Shown: positions 8,858 to 18,047 of the stretch, piece by piece
Numbering within the stretch: the first letter of the stretch is position 1
Layout of the letters: each line of letters opens with the position of its first letter
DNA from: Terrimicrobiaceae bacterium
GTDB lineage: Bacteria; Verrucomicrobiota; Verrucomicrobiia; Chthoniobacterales; Terrimicrobiaceae
DNA length: 23,939 nt
Direction of reading: 5' to 3'
Assembly (NCBI GenBank): GCA_041752695.1
Contig: JBGSVZ010000061.1
Span: 1 to 23,939 of the forward strand
Position numbers and translations under genes: made by a program
Notes under the pieces: model-generated
What the model saw: the letters and a program-made list of their open reading frames with translations, nothing else
Database searches by the model: none
What the model was told of the DNA's origin: nothing

Positions 8858-10279
8858 TCAGCCTGCGGCAATCGCAGGATCGCCAATGTGCCGAAGTTTC
8901 GCGTCGTTCCCGGCCACGGGTGAAGGCAGCCACTCCTCCAGCCGGAGGAGGGAGTCGACTTTCACCGGGAGGCCGGTGCGAAACGACTCGTTGGCCGCGA
9001 TCCCGGTGAGGATGGAACGCGCGCCATCGATGTGATTTGCCGCCCTGTGGAGCGGATCCGGAAACGGTTTTCCTCCGAAAATCTCATCCAGCATGATCGG
9101 GTCACCGCCCCCGTGCCCGCCCTCGCTTTTGGGAATCTCCACAAACTCGGGTTTACCAAAGAGAGGCATTAGCATGAGTTGCTCCGAGCTGGAAACACCT
9201 TCGCTGAGAGACCCCGTTCCGGCATTGATGTAAGAGGCTTCCTGGTGATTGACTTCGATCCGGCCTTTGGTGCCATTGAAGGCAATCCGGTAGCCCTCCC
9301 ATGGCGCATAGGAATAAAGGCTGTAGCTCATCTGCGCCCCGGATTTGTAGCGCACCAGCACATTCATGGTATCCTCGATTGTGATACCCTCGGAAAATAC
9401 ACTCTGGTCCCGACGGTATCCATCTTCGTGCTCGGCATCGAGGTACAATTGGCGCAGGTTTTCGGACTTGCGCAGATCAAGAGCGAAAGGATCATTGAGG
9501 GCTGCGGGCGTGTCCTCCGTTCCACGATCGTAAAACGCGGTGACTCCCCGGTCGGCGGCATTTTGACGTCCATAAAAACCGAGATTTCCAAAAGCGAAAA
9601 CGGTCTCCGGCGAGGAATCCAGCCACCAATTGACCAAATCAAAATGGTGGGTGGATTTATGTACCATGAGGCCGCCGGAATTTCGTTTGTCCCGATGCCA
9701 GCGACGGTAGTAGTCGGCCCCATGATTGGTGTCGAGGAGCCACTCGAAATGTACGGATTTCACCTCTCCAATCGCTCCCGCCAGGAGCAATTCCTTCACC
9801 TTGCTGCGAATGGGCGCGTAACGATAATTGAAAGTCACCGTCAGTTTGCGCCCGGTTCGTTCGACGGTCTCAAGGATCTGCTCACATTTTTCGACATCGG
9901 TCGTGAGCGGTTTTTCGGTAACAACATCGCACCCAAGCTCCATGGCCCGGACGATGTATTCGTGGTGCGTCCGATCGATGGACGAAACGATAACAACATC
10001 CGGACGTTGCTCACGAATCATCGTGTCGAAATCCAGCGCCGGATACGTCGCCACTGGTGAAGCACCGGATTTTTCGGCAATCTCCCGGTTGTAAAAACTC
10101 ATCCGCGTCTGGTTCGTATCGCAAAACCCCACCAACTCGCTCCGATCACGATACTTCGTGGAAAGGGCCTGGATGAACATCCAGGACCGCCCCCCCGTTC
10201 CGACCACGGCGTAGCGGGTGCGACAATGATCGTTGAACCCGGAGGAGAGGGGGAAATTCTGAGTGTCCATTCCAGTCAC
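8858..10279 (-). CDS. Gfo/Idh/MocA family oxidoreductase (YteT-like)
   Basis: 'YAVVGTGGR', 'HHEYI..AMELGCDVVTEKP', 'FNYRY', 'HGADYYRRWHR...SGGLMVHKSTHHFDLVNWW', 'GHGGGD'. Start is GTG 10279 or ATG 10270. Confidence 0.92.
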   Translation of the reverse strand: MTGMDTQNFPLSSGFNDHCRTRYAVVGTGGRSWMFIQALSTKYRDRSELVGFCDTNQTRMSFYNREIAEKSGASPVATYPALDFDTMIREQRPDVVIVSSIDRTHHEYIVRAMELGCDVVTEKPLTTDVEKCEQILETVERTGRKLTVTFNYRYAPIRSKVKELLLAGAIGEVKSVHFEWLLDTNHGADYYRRWHRDKRNSGGLMVHKSTHHFDLVNWWLDSSPETVFAFGNLGFYGRQNAADRGVTAFYDRGTEDTPAALNDPFALDLRKSENLRQLYLDAEHEDGYRRDQSVFSEGITIEDTMNVLVRYKSGAQMSYSLYSYAPWEGYRIAFNGTKGRIEVNHQEASYINAGTGSLSEGVSSSEQLMLMPLFGKPEFVEIPKSEGGHGGGDPIMLDEIFGGKPFPDPLHRAANHIDGARSILTGIAANESFRTGLPVKVDSLLRLEEWLPSPVAGNDAKLRHIGDPAIAAG

Positions 10280-10345
10280 GAAAATCCCACCAAACCGGCT
10301 TTCCTGCCATAGGAGAAACGCTCAAAGACTTGATATTTTCGCCCG

Positions 10346-11206
10346 TTGCACCAGATTGGCCCTGTGTTCCTCTTTTACCGAAACCAAGGTGAGCGCCGCT
10401 ACGGAGAACTCCCGATTCAGCCCTACCCCAGGGGCCAGTGGGAGTTTCAGTTCTTCGTGGAAGGACAGTGTGATCTGCTTATCCAGCAGAAAGGTGTGCA
10501 AAGAACCGAGCGGCTCTACTCCCCGGTCCTTGTCCTCACAGGCCCGGACTGCGTCCATGGTTGGGGAGGAAAACGGGGGGACAGGTGCCGGAATATTATT
10601 TTCCATTTCGATGAGGCCGAATATTCCGTCCGTTCCATCGTCGGAGTGGGCGGTTATCGCAAAGTGCCATTTCAAGCGTCGGAAATTCCCGCGTTGCAAA
10701 AACTTTATGATCGGTGCGGCGAGGCCAGAAAGCGTTTGGGAACAACCCCGCTGGATGTTCAAAAGCGAGCAGGTTTTCTCGAGCCGCTCATCTATCAGAT
10801 AGTCGCCGCCGAGCTTACCCTCTTCTTCCTGAAGCACGTTCCAAAAACAGAATGGGGAGCACCCCAAAATTATGGAGCCTCCAAAGTCAAGGAAGCCATG
10901 GCCTGGTATGAGGCCAATCTCTCCACGGCACCAAATATCTCCGATGTTGCCCGGGCCATCCATTTATCCCCAACCCATCTGCGTCGTCTGTTCCACAAAA
11001 TCCGCGGGATCTCCCCGCAAAACGCTTTTACTCATGTGCAGTTCGAAAGAGCCAAATGGCTGATGAAGGCCCCCGACATGACTCTAGAGCAGGTCGGAGA
11101 GAGCGCCGGCTTCGGCAGCGCCAGCGCTTTCTCCCGCGCCTTCAAGAGCGAGTTTGGGATATCCCCCCGGGAGTTCCGGGAAAATAATCGCGTAAAATCG
11201 CCCTGA
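10346..11206 (+). CDS. AraC family transcriptional regulator
   Basis: N-terminal cupin-like part ('WEFQF', 'HGWGG') and C-terminal double HTH ('VARAIHLSPTHLRRLF', 'VGESAGFGSASAFSRAFKSEFGISPREFR'). Divergent from the carbohydrate cluster. Start TTG 10346 or GTG 10364. Confidence 0.93.
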   Translation: MHQIGPVFLFYRNQGERRYGELPIQPYPRGQWEFQFFVEGQCDLLIQQKGVQRTERLYSPVLVLTGPDCVHGWGGKRGDRCRNIIFHFDEAEYSVRSIVGVGGYRKVPFQASEIPALQKLYDRCGEARKRLGTTPLDVQKRAGFLEPLIYQIVAAELTLFFLKHVPKTEWGAPQNYGASKVKEAMAWYEANLSTAPNISDVARAIHLSPTHLRRLFHKIRGISPQNAFTHVQFERAKWLMKAPDMTLEQVGESAGFGSASAFSRAFKSEFGISPREFRENNRVKSP

Positions 11207-11280
11207 CGACGGACAGGCGCAGGGTTTACGCGAGAAAATTCCCCTTTGCCGCAGCGCAGGAATTCCGCACGATCACAAAT

Positions 11281-12705
11281 ATGCAGCTCGATTTCGATCT
11301 TCACGGAAAGCCCGCCTCCGCGCCGGAGCCGAAGATTCACACCGTGGCGGAAATCACCCGACGGGTGCGCGATTTGATAGAACGCGGCGTCGGCGAAGTC
11401 TGGGTGGAGGGCGAGATTTCCAACCTTCGTCGTCAGGCTTCGGGCCACCAGTATTTCACCCTCAAGGATGCTTCGAGCCAGCTCACCTGCGTGCTTTTTG
11501 CCAGCGCGGCGGTCGGGCTGCGCGGAATGAAACTGGCCGACGGCCAGAACGTGCAGGTCTACGGGAATGTGACCGTTTACGAGGCGCGCGGGCAGTATCA
11601 GATGATCGTTCGGGTCGTGCAAAATCGCGGCGAGGGAGCTTTACAGGCGCGTTTTGAAGCCCTTAAGCGCCAGTTGGCGAGTGAGGGGCTTTTCGATTCT
11701 TCACGCAAACGGCCGCTGCCGAAATTTCCCCGGCGGGTCGGACTGGTCACTTCGCCCACCGGCGCGGCCATCCGGGATTTTCTCAACGTGCTGCACCGTC
11801 GTCACCCCGGCATCGAAGTGGTGATCAATCCTGTGCGCGTCCAGGGCAAGGGAGCTGCCGCGGAAATCGCCCGCGCCGTGCGGGAATTTGGTGAGATGGA
11901 AAAATACGGCCTGCCCGCCGTGGATGTGATCGTTCTCACCCGCGGCGGCGGCAGCATCGAAGATCTTTGGGAATTTAACGACGAAGTGGTCGCGCGGGCC
12001 ATCGCCGCCTCCCCGCTTCCCGTGCTCAGCGCCATCGGTCACGAAATTGATTTCACCATTTCCGATTTCGTCGCCGACCTCCGCGCCGCCACTCCCAGCG
12101 CCGCCGCCGAGATCCTCGCGGCCGACCGTCTCGTGGTGCTGGGACGCTTGCAGCAGGACGCCACCCGCCTTACGGGGGCCTGTCGCAATCGGCTGGATCT
12201 TTTGGCCGCCAGGATCACCGCGCTCCGTCAGTCCCCCCTTTTCCGGGAACCCTCCCGCCGGCTTCTCGAACTGCGCCAACTCCTCGACCATCAGGCGGAC
12301 TCCCTGGAACGCCACGCTTCGCTCACGGTCGAGCGGCGCCGTCACGTTCTGGGCGAACTGCAGTCCCGCCTCACCGCACGTTCCCCCGCCCAGGCCATCC
12401 GCGAAACCCGGCAGGCTGGCGCCATTTTTCACCGCCAAATGGAGGAAATCCTCACCCGGGACATCACCGCCCGCCGCAGCCGACTTGAGCGGGCGAGTGG
12501 GGTTTTGGAGGCTTTAAATCCCTCCGCCACCCTCGCCCGGGGGTACACCATCACGCTCGACGAAGCCGGGCTTCCGCTCACTTCCGCAAAAAAAGTTCTC
12601 ATCGGCGGCTCGTTACGCACCCGTTTCCACGATGGCGAGGTGGAATCCACTTCCGCGAAACATTTGACGCCCGCCCCGGGTCAGATAAAAAAGAAGGCCA
12701 CGTGA
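11281..12705 (+). CDS. xseA: Exodeoxyribonuclease VII large subunit
   Basis: 'VWVEGEISN...SGHQYFTLKD', 'VTSPTGAAIRD', 'RGGGSIEDLWEFN', 'SAIGHEIDFTISDFVAD.RAATPSAAAE', 'LNPSATLARGY'. Confidence 0.97.
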   Translation: MQLDFDLHGKPASAPEPKIHTVAEITRRVRDLIERGVGEVWVEGEISNLRRQASGHQYFTLKDASSQLTCVLFASAAVGLRGMKLADGQNVQVYGNVTVYEARGQYQMIVRVVQNRGEGALQARFEALKRQLASEGLFDSSRKRPLPKFPRRVGLVTSPTGAAIRDFLNVLHRRHPGIEVVINPVRVQGKGAAAEIARAVREFGEMEKYGLPAVDVIVLTRGGGSIEDLWEFNDEVVARAIAASPLPVLSAIGHEIDFTISDFVADLRAATPSAAAEILAADRLVVLGRLQQDATRLTGACRNRLDLLAARITALRQSPLFREPSRRLLELRQLLDHQADSLERHASLTVERRRHVLGELQSRLTARSPAQAIRETRQAGAIFHRQMEEILTRDITARRSRLERASGVLEALNPSATLARGYTITLDEAGLPLTSAKKVLIGGSLRTRFHDGEVESTSAKHLTPAPGQIKKKAT

Positions 12706-13673
12706 GCATGACTTTTGCCGATCTCGAAAAAATCTATCGTCGTCCGTTTTTTGACCTTCTGGAAGAGGGCCGGCGGGCCCATCAGGAAAACTGGCCGGAA
12801 AACGAAATGCAGCTTTGCACCCTCCTGAGCGTAAAAACCGGCGGGTGCAGTGAGGACTGTGGTTATTGCGCGCAGAGCTCCCGGTACAAGACCGGCGTGC
12901 AGCGCGAAAGTTTGCTGACTGCCGCCGAGGTCCTCCCCCATGCGCACGAGGCCCGGGCCAATGGATCCACCCGGTTCTGCATGGGCGCCGCGTGGAAAGG
13001 CGTACGGGATGGCGATCAGAAATTTGAGCAGATGCTCGAGACCATCCGCGAAGTCGGCAAGCTCGGCATGGAGGTCTGCGTCACGCTTGGCCAACTCTCC
13101 GACACCGAGGCCCACAAGCTTAAGGAAGCCGGCGTCACCGCCTACAATCACAACATTGACACCTCGCCGGAGCACTACGCGAATATCGTCACTTCGCATA
13201 CCTTTCAAGATCGTCTCAACACCATCGGTGCCGTGCAGCGGGCCGGCATGAGTGTCTGCTGCGGCGGCATTATTGGCATGGGTGAAACCGAAGACGACCG
13301 CCTCCGCATGCTCGAAGTGCTTTGCGGATTTAACCCCCCGCCCGAGAGTGTCCCGATCAATTGCCTCATGCCCATGCCAGGCACCCCTCTGGAAGATTGC
13401 GAACCGGTGGATATTTTCGAGCTGGTCCGCCTCATCGCCACCACCCGCATCGCGCTGCCCAAGGCCAAGGTGCGCCTCTCGGCGGGCCGCACGCGGCTCT
13501 CGCGGGAAGCCCAGGCCATGTGTTATTTTGCCGGGGCCAACTCCATTTTCTACGGGGAAAAACTGCTCACTGCGGCCAACCCCTCGTCTAATGCCGACTT
13601 GGACCTCCTGCGCACGCTCGACCTTCAGCCGCAGGCCCCCTACTCCGACGTCCCCCAGCCCGCCTCCGTATGA
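12702..13673 (+). CDS. bioB: Biotin synthase (radical SAM)
   Basis: 'KTGGCSEDCGYCAQS' CxxxCxxC, 'RFCMGAAW', 'YNHNIDTS', 'CCGGIIGMGE', 'PESVPIN', 'RLSAGR', 'AGANSIFYGEKLLT'. Start GTG 12702 or ATG 12708. Confidence 0.97.
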   Translation: MSMTFADLEKIYRRPFFDLLEEGRRAHQENWPENEMQLCTLLSVKTGGCSEDCGYCAQSSRYKTGVQRESLLTAAEVLPHAHEARANGSTRFCMGAAWKGVRDGDQKFEQMLETIREVGKLGMEVCVTLGQLSDTEAHKLKEAGVTAYNHNIDTSPEHYANIVTSHTFQDRLNTIGAVQRAGMSVCCGGIIGMGETEDDRLRMLEVLCGFNPPPESVPINCLMPMPGTPLEDCEPVDIFELVRLIATTRIALPKAKVRLSAGRTRLSREAQAMCYFAGANSIFYGEKLLTAANPSSNADLDLLRTLDLQPQAPYSDVPQPASV

Positions 13674-14122
13674 AAATTGCCATCGGATCCGACCACGCCG
13701 GCTACGCTTATCGGCTGAAAATCATCGACCACCTGAACGCCCTCGGACACGAAGTGACCGACCACGGCACGTTCAGCCCCGAATCCACCGACTATCCGCT
13801 CTGGATCATCCCGACGGCGGAGGCCGTGGCCCGCGGCGAAGCGGAGCGCGGCATCGTTCTAGGCGGCTCGGGAAACGGCGAAGCCATCGCCGCCAACAAG
13901 GTGAAAGGTGTCCGCTGCTCGCTCTGCTGGAGTGAAGAAACCGCCATCCTCGGCCGCAAACACAACAACGCCAACGTTCTCTCCATCGGAGAGCGCATGA
14001 TCCCGCTCGATCTTGCCTTGCGCATTGTGGACCTCTGGCTGGCGACTCCGTTCGAAGGCGGCCGCCACGAAAACCGCATCGCGGAACTTGCCCGCTACGA
14101 GGCCGGGCAGCCGATGGCGTAA
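13670..14122 (+). CDS. rpiB: Ribose 5-phosphate isomerase B
   Basis: 'MKIAIGSDHAG', 'DYP', 'GSGNGE.IAANKVKGVR', 'HNNANVL', 'FEGGRH..RI'. ATGA overlap with bioB. Confidence 0.96.
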   Translation: MKIAIGSDHAGYAYRLKIIDHLNALGHEVTDHGTFSPESTDYPLWIIPTAEAVARGEAERGIVLGGSGNGEAIAANKVKGVRCSLCWSEETAILGRKHNNANVLSIGERMIPLDLALRIVDLWLATPFEGGRHENRIAELARYEAGQPMA

Positions 14123-14124
14123 TC

Positions 14125-14880
14125 GTGCCTGCTCCCGACTGGCTGCTGGCCAGACCCTTCGCCCACCGAGGCCTCTTTAACGACCAAAGGCCGGAGAATT
14201 CGCTCGCCGCCATTGAGGCCGCAGTCACCGCCGGATTTCCCGTGGAAATCGACGTCCAGGTGTCCTCCGATGGCCGGGCCGTAGTCTTCCACGACTGGAA
14301 TCTCAAGCGTCTGACGGGTCTCGACGCCAAAGTGAAGGATGTCACCGCGGCGGAAATCTCCGCGCTCAAGCTGCTGGGAACCGATCAACACATTCCCCTC
14401 CTCGCGGAAACGCTGGAGGTCATAAACGGTCGCACGCCGGCGTTGATCGAAATCAAAAACCGCCGCTACCCCACCCGGTTGGAACCCGTGGTCGGCCAGA
14501 TCCTTGCCGCCTATCGGGGCCCTTTTGCCATCCAATCTTTCAACCCCTACACCCTGGGCTGGTTCCGATTGCGTCATCCCGAGATTCCCCGCGGACAGAT
14601 TTCCTGCACCTTCGACACCGACGATATGGCCGGCTGGAAAAAGAAAATCCTCGCCAACTACGGGATGAATTGGATGAGCGGACCCCAGTTTATTTCCCAT
14701 CATTGGAAACAACTGCCGGCCCTGGCCCCGAATTTTCTCCGCAACACCCTCAAACTTCCCCTCCTGGCATGGGTCGCGCGCAGCGAGGAAGAAATGGCGG
14801 CCGCCCTCAAAGTGGGCGACAACGTGGTCTTCGAACAATTTGTACCGAAACTGTCCGGCAGGCTCGAAGAGCGCGTCTGA
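14125..14880 (+). CDS. Glycerophosphodiester phosphodiesterase family protein
   Basis: 'FAHRGL', 'PENSLAA', 'EIDVQ.SSDG..VVFHD..L.RLTG', 'LIEIK', 'IQSFNP'. Confidence 0.93.
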   Translation: MPAPDWLLARPFAHRGLFNDQRPENSLAAIEAAVTAGFPVEIDVQVSSDGRAVVFHDWNLKRLTGLDAKVKDVTAAEISALKLLGTDQHIPLLAETLEVINGRTPALIEIKNRRYPTRLEPVVGQILAAYRGPFAIQSFNPYTLGWFRLRHPEIPRGQISCTFDTDDMAGWKKKILANYGMNWMSGPQFISHHWKQLPALAPNFLRNTLKLPLLAWVARSEEEMAAALKVGDNVVFEQFVPKLSGRLEERV

Positions 14881-14903
14881 TCCTGCGGATTTTTCGATAA
14901 AAC

Positions 14904-15001
14904 GGAGGGATATGCGCTTTCGCACCCCGGGTGCCGAGAGCCCGGCACCCTCCAAGAATGCCATTCTTAGACACGCCTAGGGCGTCCTCAATCCCGACGC
15001 C
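14904..15001. repeat. Cluster of palindromes between convergent genes (REP/MITE-like and/or terminator)
   Basis: GGAGGG(14904-09)/CCCTCC(14948-53), TGCG-CTTT-CGCA, GGGTGCCG-N6-CGGCACCC (14929-50), AAGAATG-C-CATTCTT (14954-68), GGCGTC-N9-GACGCC (14981-15001). Confidence 0.5.
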
Positions 15002-15007
15002 GGGCTC

Positions 15008-16414
15008 TTACGGATTTTCGCCGTAAGATCCTTCGACCCGGTCGGCGACATCCCGGTAGCCGTAGTCGATCTCGTAGATCTGCTTCATGCACTCGATGGA
15101 CTTGTCCTTCTGGCCCATCTTCTCGTAGACGAGGCCAAGGTTATACACGATGTCCTTCTTCGTGCTGTCCATCTGCTGCAGCTCGCTCGCCGCGGCGGAA
15201 AGCGTACTGGCAGCCAGATCAAACATGCCCCGCTCGGTGTAACATTTGCCCAGCAGGTTCATCGCGCGCAGGCGCACGTTGGGGTTATTGCGTGCTTTTT
15301 GCAGCTCGGAGATGGCGTCCTTGTAACTTCCGAGATTGACGAGGATCTCCCCAAACTCGAAGCGCAATTGCAGGTCGGTCGGGTTGCGTTCGACCCGCTT
15401 TTTCGCCTCATCAATCAGGATGTCGGCCCGGTCCTTTTTGATCCCCTCAAGTTGCTCGATGTATTGTTTGGTTTCCTCGGCATCGGGATTGGCGGCGATG
15501 TATTGCTCAAACCCGGCGATTGACGTGTCGAACTGTTTTAGGCGTAGATCGGAAACCTTGCGCACCAGGGCAACGTCCGCGCTGCCGGAAAGGTCGGCGG
15601 CGTATTTGTACCAACTCACCGCACTCTCGAGATCTTCCTTCTGTTCGTAAAGTTCCGCCATCTTGCGGGCGTGATCGACGTTCTGCGGCTCCTGTTCGTA
15701 TTTCGCGTAGAGCTCGGCCAGAAGGTTGTCGATCATGTCCTCACTGCGATGCACCCGTCCTTGCTGCTCCAGGGAAACTGCCTGTTCCTTGTCGCGAATG
15801 AGGTCGCGATAGGTCGTCTCCTCCTTCTCCCAACCCCCGCGCTGCATTGATGCAGCGGCGGCGGCGTCCTTTCCACCTTTCACAGCGGCAAGGTCGTTGG
15901 GCGTGATGTCCAGGATCTTGCCATACACATCCACCGCCTTCATGGGCAGCTTGCAGGTGAGATAGAGCTTGGCCAGCTCATGCATGGTCTTGGTGTCCTT
16001 GGGATTGCCCTCAATAATCGTCTCCAGGGCAAAGACCGCGACCTCAGGCATTTCCGCACCAAGGGCGGCTTCCTTCAGAAGCTGATTCGCCTGCGGGTTG
16101 TGCGGCTCATTTTCGAGAATCTTTTCCACTGCGTCCATCGCGGCGGCAGGGTCTTTTTTCACCAGGCTCTGCACCTTCATCGTCGAAAAGGACGCACTTG
16201 AAATTCCGCCGAGAATGCCCTTTTTCCCCACGGATTTCGCCACCGCGGCCTTGCGCGCCAACTGACGGGCCAGGAGAAAGTCGGGGTAGGTTTTCAAAAC
16301 CACCTGGAGGAGCTGGATCGCATAGCCATAGTTGCGAAGCTCCATCGCACTCATGGCCTTGAGCCACATTGCGCGGTGGCTCTCTGGGAGGTCTTTTTCG
16401 GATTTTACTGCCAT
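15008..16414 (-). CDS. Tetratricopeptide repeat protein
   Basis: All-helical 468 aa with TPR-like units ('AMNLLGKCYTERGMFDLAA', 'IVYNLGLVYEKMGQKDKSIECMKQIYEIDYGYRDVA'). Confidence 0.85.
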   Translation of the reverse strand: MAVKSEKDLPESHRAMWLKAMSAMELRNYGYAIQLLQVVLKTYPDFLLARQLARKAAVAKSVGKKGILGGISSASFSTMKVQSLVKKDPAAAMDAVEKILENEPHNPQANQLLKEAALGAEMPEVAVFALETIIEGNPKDTKTMHELAKLYLTCKLPMKAVDVYGKILDITPNDLAAVKGGKDAAAAASMQRGGWEKEETTYRDLIRDKEQAVSLEQQGRVHRSEDMIDNLLAELYAKYEQEPQNVDHARKMAELYEQKEDLESAVSWYKYAADLSGSADVALVRKVSDLRLKQFDTSIAGFEQYIAANPDAEETKQYIEQLEGIKKDRADILIDEAKKRVERNPTDLQLRFEFGEILVNLGSYKDAISELQKARNNPNVRLRAMNLLGKCYTERGMFDLAASTLSAAASELQQMDSTKKDIVYNLGLVYEKMGQKDKSIECMKQIYEIDYGYRDVADRVEGSYGENP

Positions 16415-16446
16415 AATTAAAGCTTTAGCACAAAACGCCGGCGGCG

Positions 16447-16827
16447 TCAGTTCGGGTCGGCGGGAAACGGTGTGGCGAGCGGGGCATCAATCCCCTCCCC
16501 AATCGGTCGGGCCTGCAATTGTTCCCAAGCGCTGGGTGGCCCCTTCGGTTTGGGAGGGCTGGGCGGCGCGGAGACCGGGATGGGCGTGGCTGCCACGGCC
16601 GGAGCGGGCGCGGCTGGTGGTGCGGATGGCACGGAGGGAGCCGGGGCAGGCTCAGGAGTCTCGGGGGCGCCATTCTTCAAGGAGACGAGAAAGGTTTCGA
16701 AATGATCCAATTCCACCGGAGCGCCGGCGACAAATCCAGCGGGACCGTGCTCATAGAGCACCACAAACCCAAAGGTGAAACACGCGAGCAGCACCGCCCG
16801 CACCACAAAAGTCAGGAGCCCAATCAT
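16447..16827 (-). CDS. Hypothetical membrane-anchored protein with Pro/Ala-rich linker
   Basis: N-terminal hydrophobic helix 'LLACFTFGFVVLYEHG' followed by a PAPAP-rich tail. ATGA overlap with the upstream gene. Confidence 0.7.
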   Translation of the reverse strand: MIGLLTFVVRAVLLACFTFGFVVLYEHGPAGFVAGAPVELDHFETFLVSLKNGAPETPEPAPAPSVPSAPPAAPAPAVAATPIPVSAPPSPPKPKGPPSAWEQLQARPIGEGIDAPLATPFPADPN

Positions 16828-17744
16828 GAAAGAAATCCCGGATGGATGGAAAAGCCCCCACGCAGCGTTCCTCCTGCACGAACGAACTGAATGCCCGCCT
16901 TTTGCTCAAAAGGCACGGGGGGATTGCTGTCCGGCAGCCCCCAGCAGGGTTCAACACAGAAAAATGGGCTCATATCGCTCCAAAGAGTAAGGAATGGAAC
17001 TTCCGAAAAGTCGAGCAAGACACGCCGCCCGGACTCAAAATCTTCCAGCGTGAAAACCCGCTCCGGCACCCCCGCGAGCTCCAACAGGTAGGAATCGGGC
17101 AGCTTTTCCCGGGAGAACGGCATATCCCCACCCGGAAAAGCGATTTTTTCCATTTCCCCGTTCAGGAAATTTCCCGGGGCATAATGCCGCACATAATCCC
17201 CCGCCGGCATGGTCAGCTTGGCGGTCAACGGGGACGTCACCGCGAAGCCCGGATGCAAACCGAAACTCAAATGCGCATCCTGCGAAGGCTCTTCATTGGT
17301 GAACAGAAAATCCACCCGCACTCCCCCATCCGCGAGTGCGTAGGTTAATTCCAACCCCACCTTCAGCGGATAAGCCTCGGGAGGCACCCGGGAGGCGGGC
17401 ACGCGATAAATCAGGCTGGCCCCGCGCACTTCAGGCGGATCGAAGACAAAATGGCGAATGAACCCGTGATTACCCCCGCGGATCACCGTACCCCGGTAGA
17501 CGGACTGTTCGTGCCACAGCCGATGGAGGAAATACCCCATGACCGTTGCATGATTCCCCCACCCGGCAGACGGAGGCGACGTTTCACCGTCCCGATACAA
17601 AAACCCCTGCCAGGAGCCCGCCGCGTCGAGCTTGGCGAGACTGGTCAGTTCCGCTCCGGTCCGATTCACCGCGATCCGCAGACCCTCGCTTTCCAAAAGA
17701 TCGAGGGTTACCCCCCCATTTTCGCTCACTTTGTAAACTGGCAC
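16824..17744 (-). CDS. Aldose 1-epimerase / galactose mutarotase-like protein (LacX-like)
   Basis: 'GAELTSL', 'NHGFIR', 'YPLK..LELTY.L', 'SFGLHPGF', 'PFFCVEPCWGLPD'. Confidence 0.88.
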   Translation of the reverse strand: MPVYKVSENGGVTLDLLESEGLRIAVNRTGAELTSLAKLDAAGSWQGFLYRDGETSPPSAGWGNHATVMGYFLHRLWHEQSVYRGTVIRGGNHGFIRHFVFDPPEVRGASLIYRVPASRVPPEAYPLKVGLELTYALADGGVRVDFLFTNEEPSQDAHLSFGLHPGFAVTSPLTAKLTMPAGDYVRHYAPGNFLNGEMEKIAFPGGDMPFSREKLPDSYLLELAGVPERVFTLEDFESGRRVLLDFSEVPFLTLWSDMSPFFCVEPCWGLPDSNPPVPFEQKAGIQFVRAGGTLRGGFSIHPGFLS

Positions 17745-17799
17745 GGCGGAAGAAAAACAAACATTCCGCCGCGGATCAAACCCGCGCTGAAGTTTTTCC

Positions 17800-17937
17800 T
17801 TAAAATCCGCGCCTCGAAAGTAGCAGCGCCACGGAGAGGAGGATGACTGCCGCCGGGAGCAAAGGCCAGCGAGGCTTGATCAGGGAGACAACCGACAAAA
17901 CTAGAGCGGCGACGACGAGAAAGAGAAAAACGTTCAT
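17800..17937 (-). CDS. Putative 45-aa two-helix membrane protein (not in ORF track)
   Basis: Hand translation: MNVFLFLVVAALVLSVVSLIKPRWPLLPAAVILLSVALLLSRRGF*. It fills the gap upstream of the epimerase on the same strand and has two clean hydrophobic segments. Confidence 0.65.
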   Translation of the reverse strand: MNVFLFLVVAALVLSVVSLIKPRWPLLPAAVILLSVALLLSRRGF

Positions 17938-18047
17938 GCGCGCTTTATCGCGCACGGCCATCGAAACGGCCTCCGCGATTTTGGGGAGGGCGACCTGACC
18001 GAAGAAAAATACCGTCAGGCCGTCGCTTCTTTGCTTATCCTTCCAGC

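Noticed and set aside
11281..14880. xseA without adjacent xseB and bioB without other bio genes
   Set aside because: Dispersed arrangement of these housekeeping genes is common and not notable in a single window.
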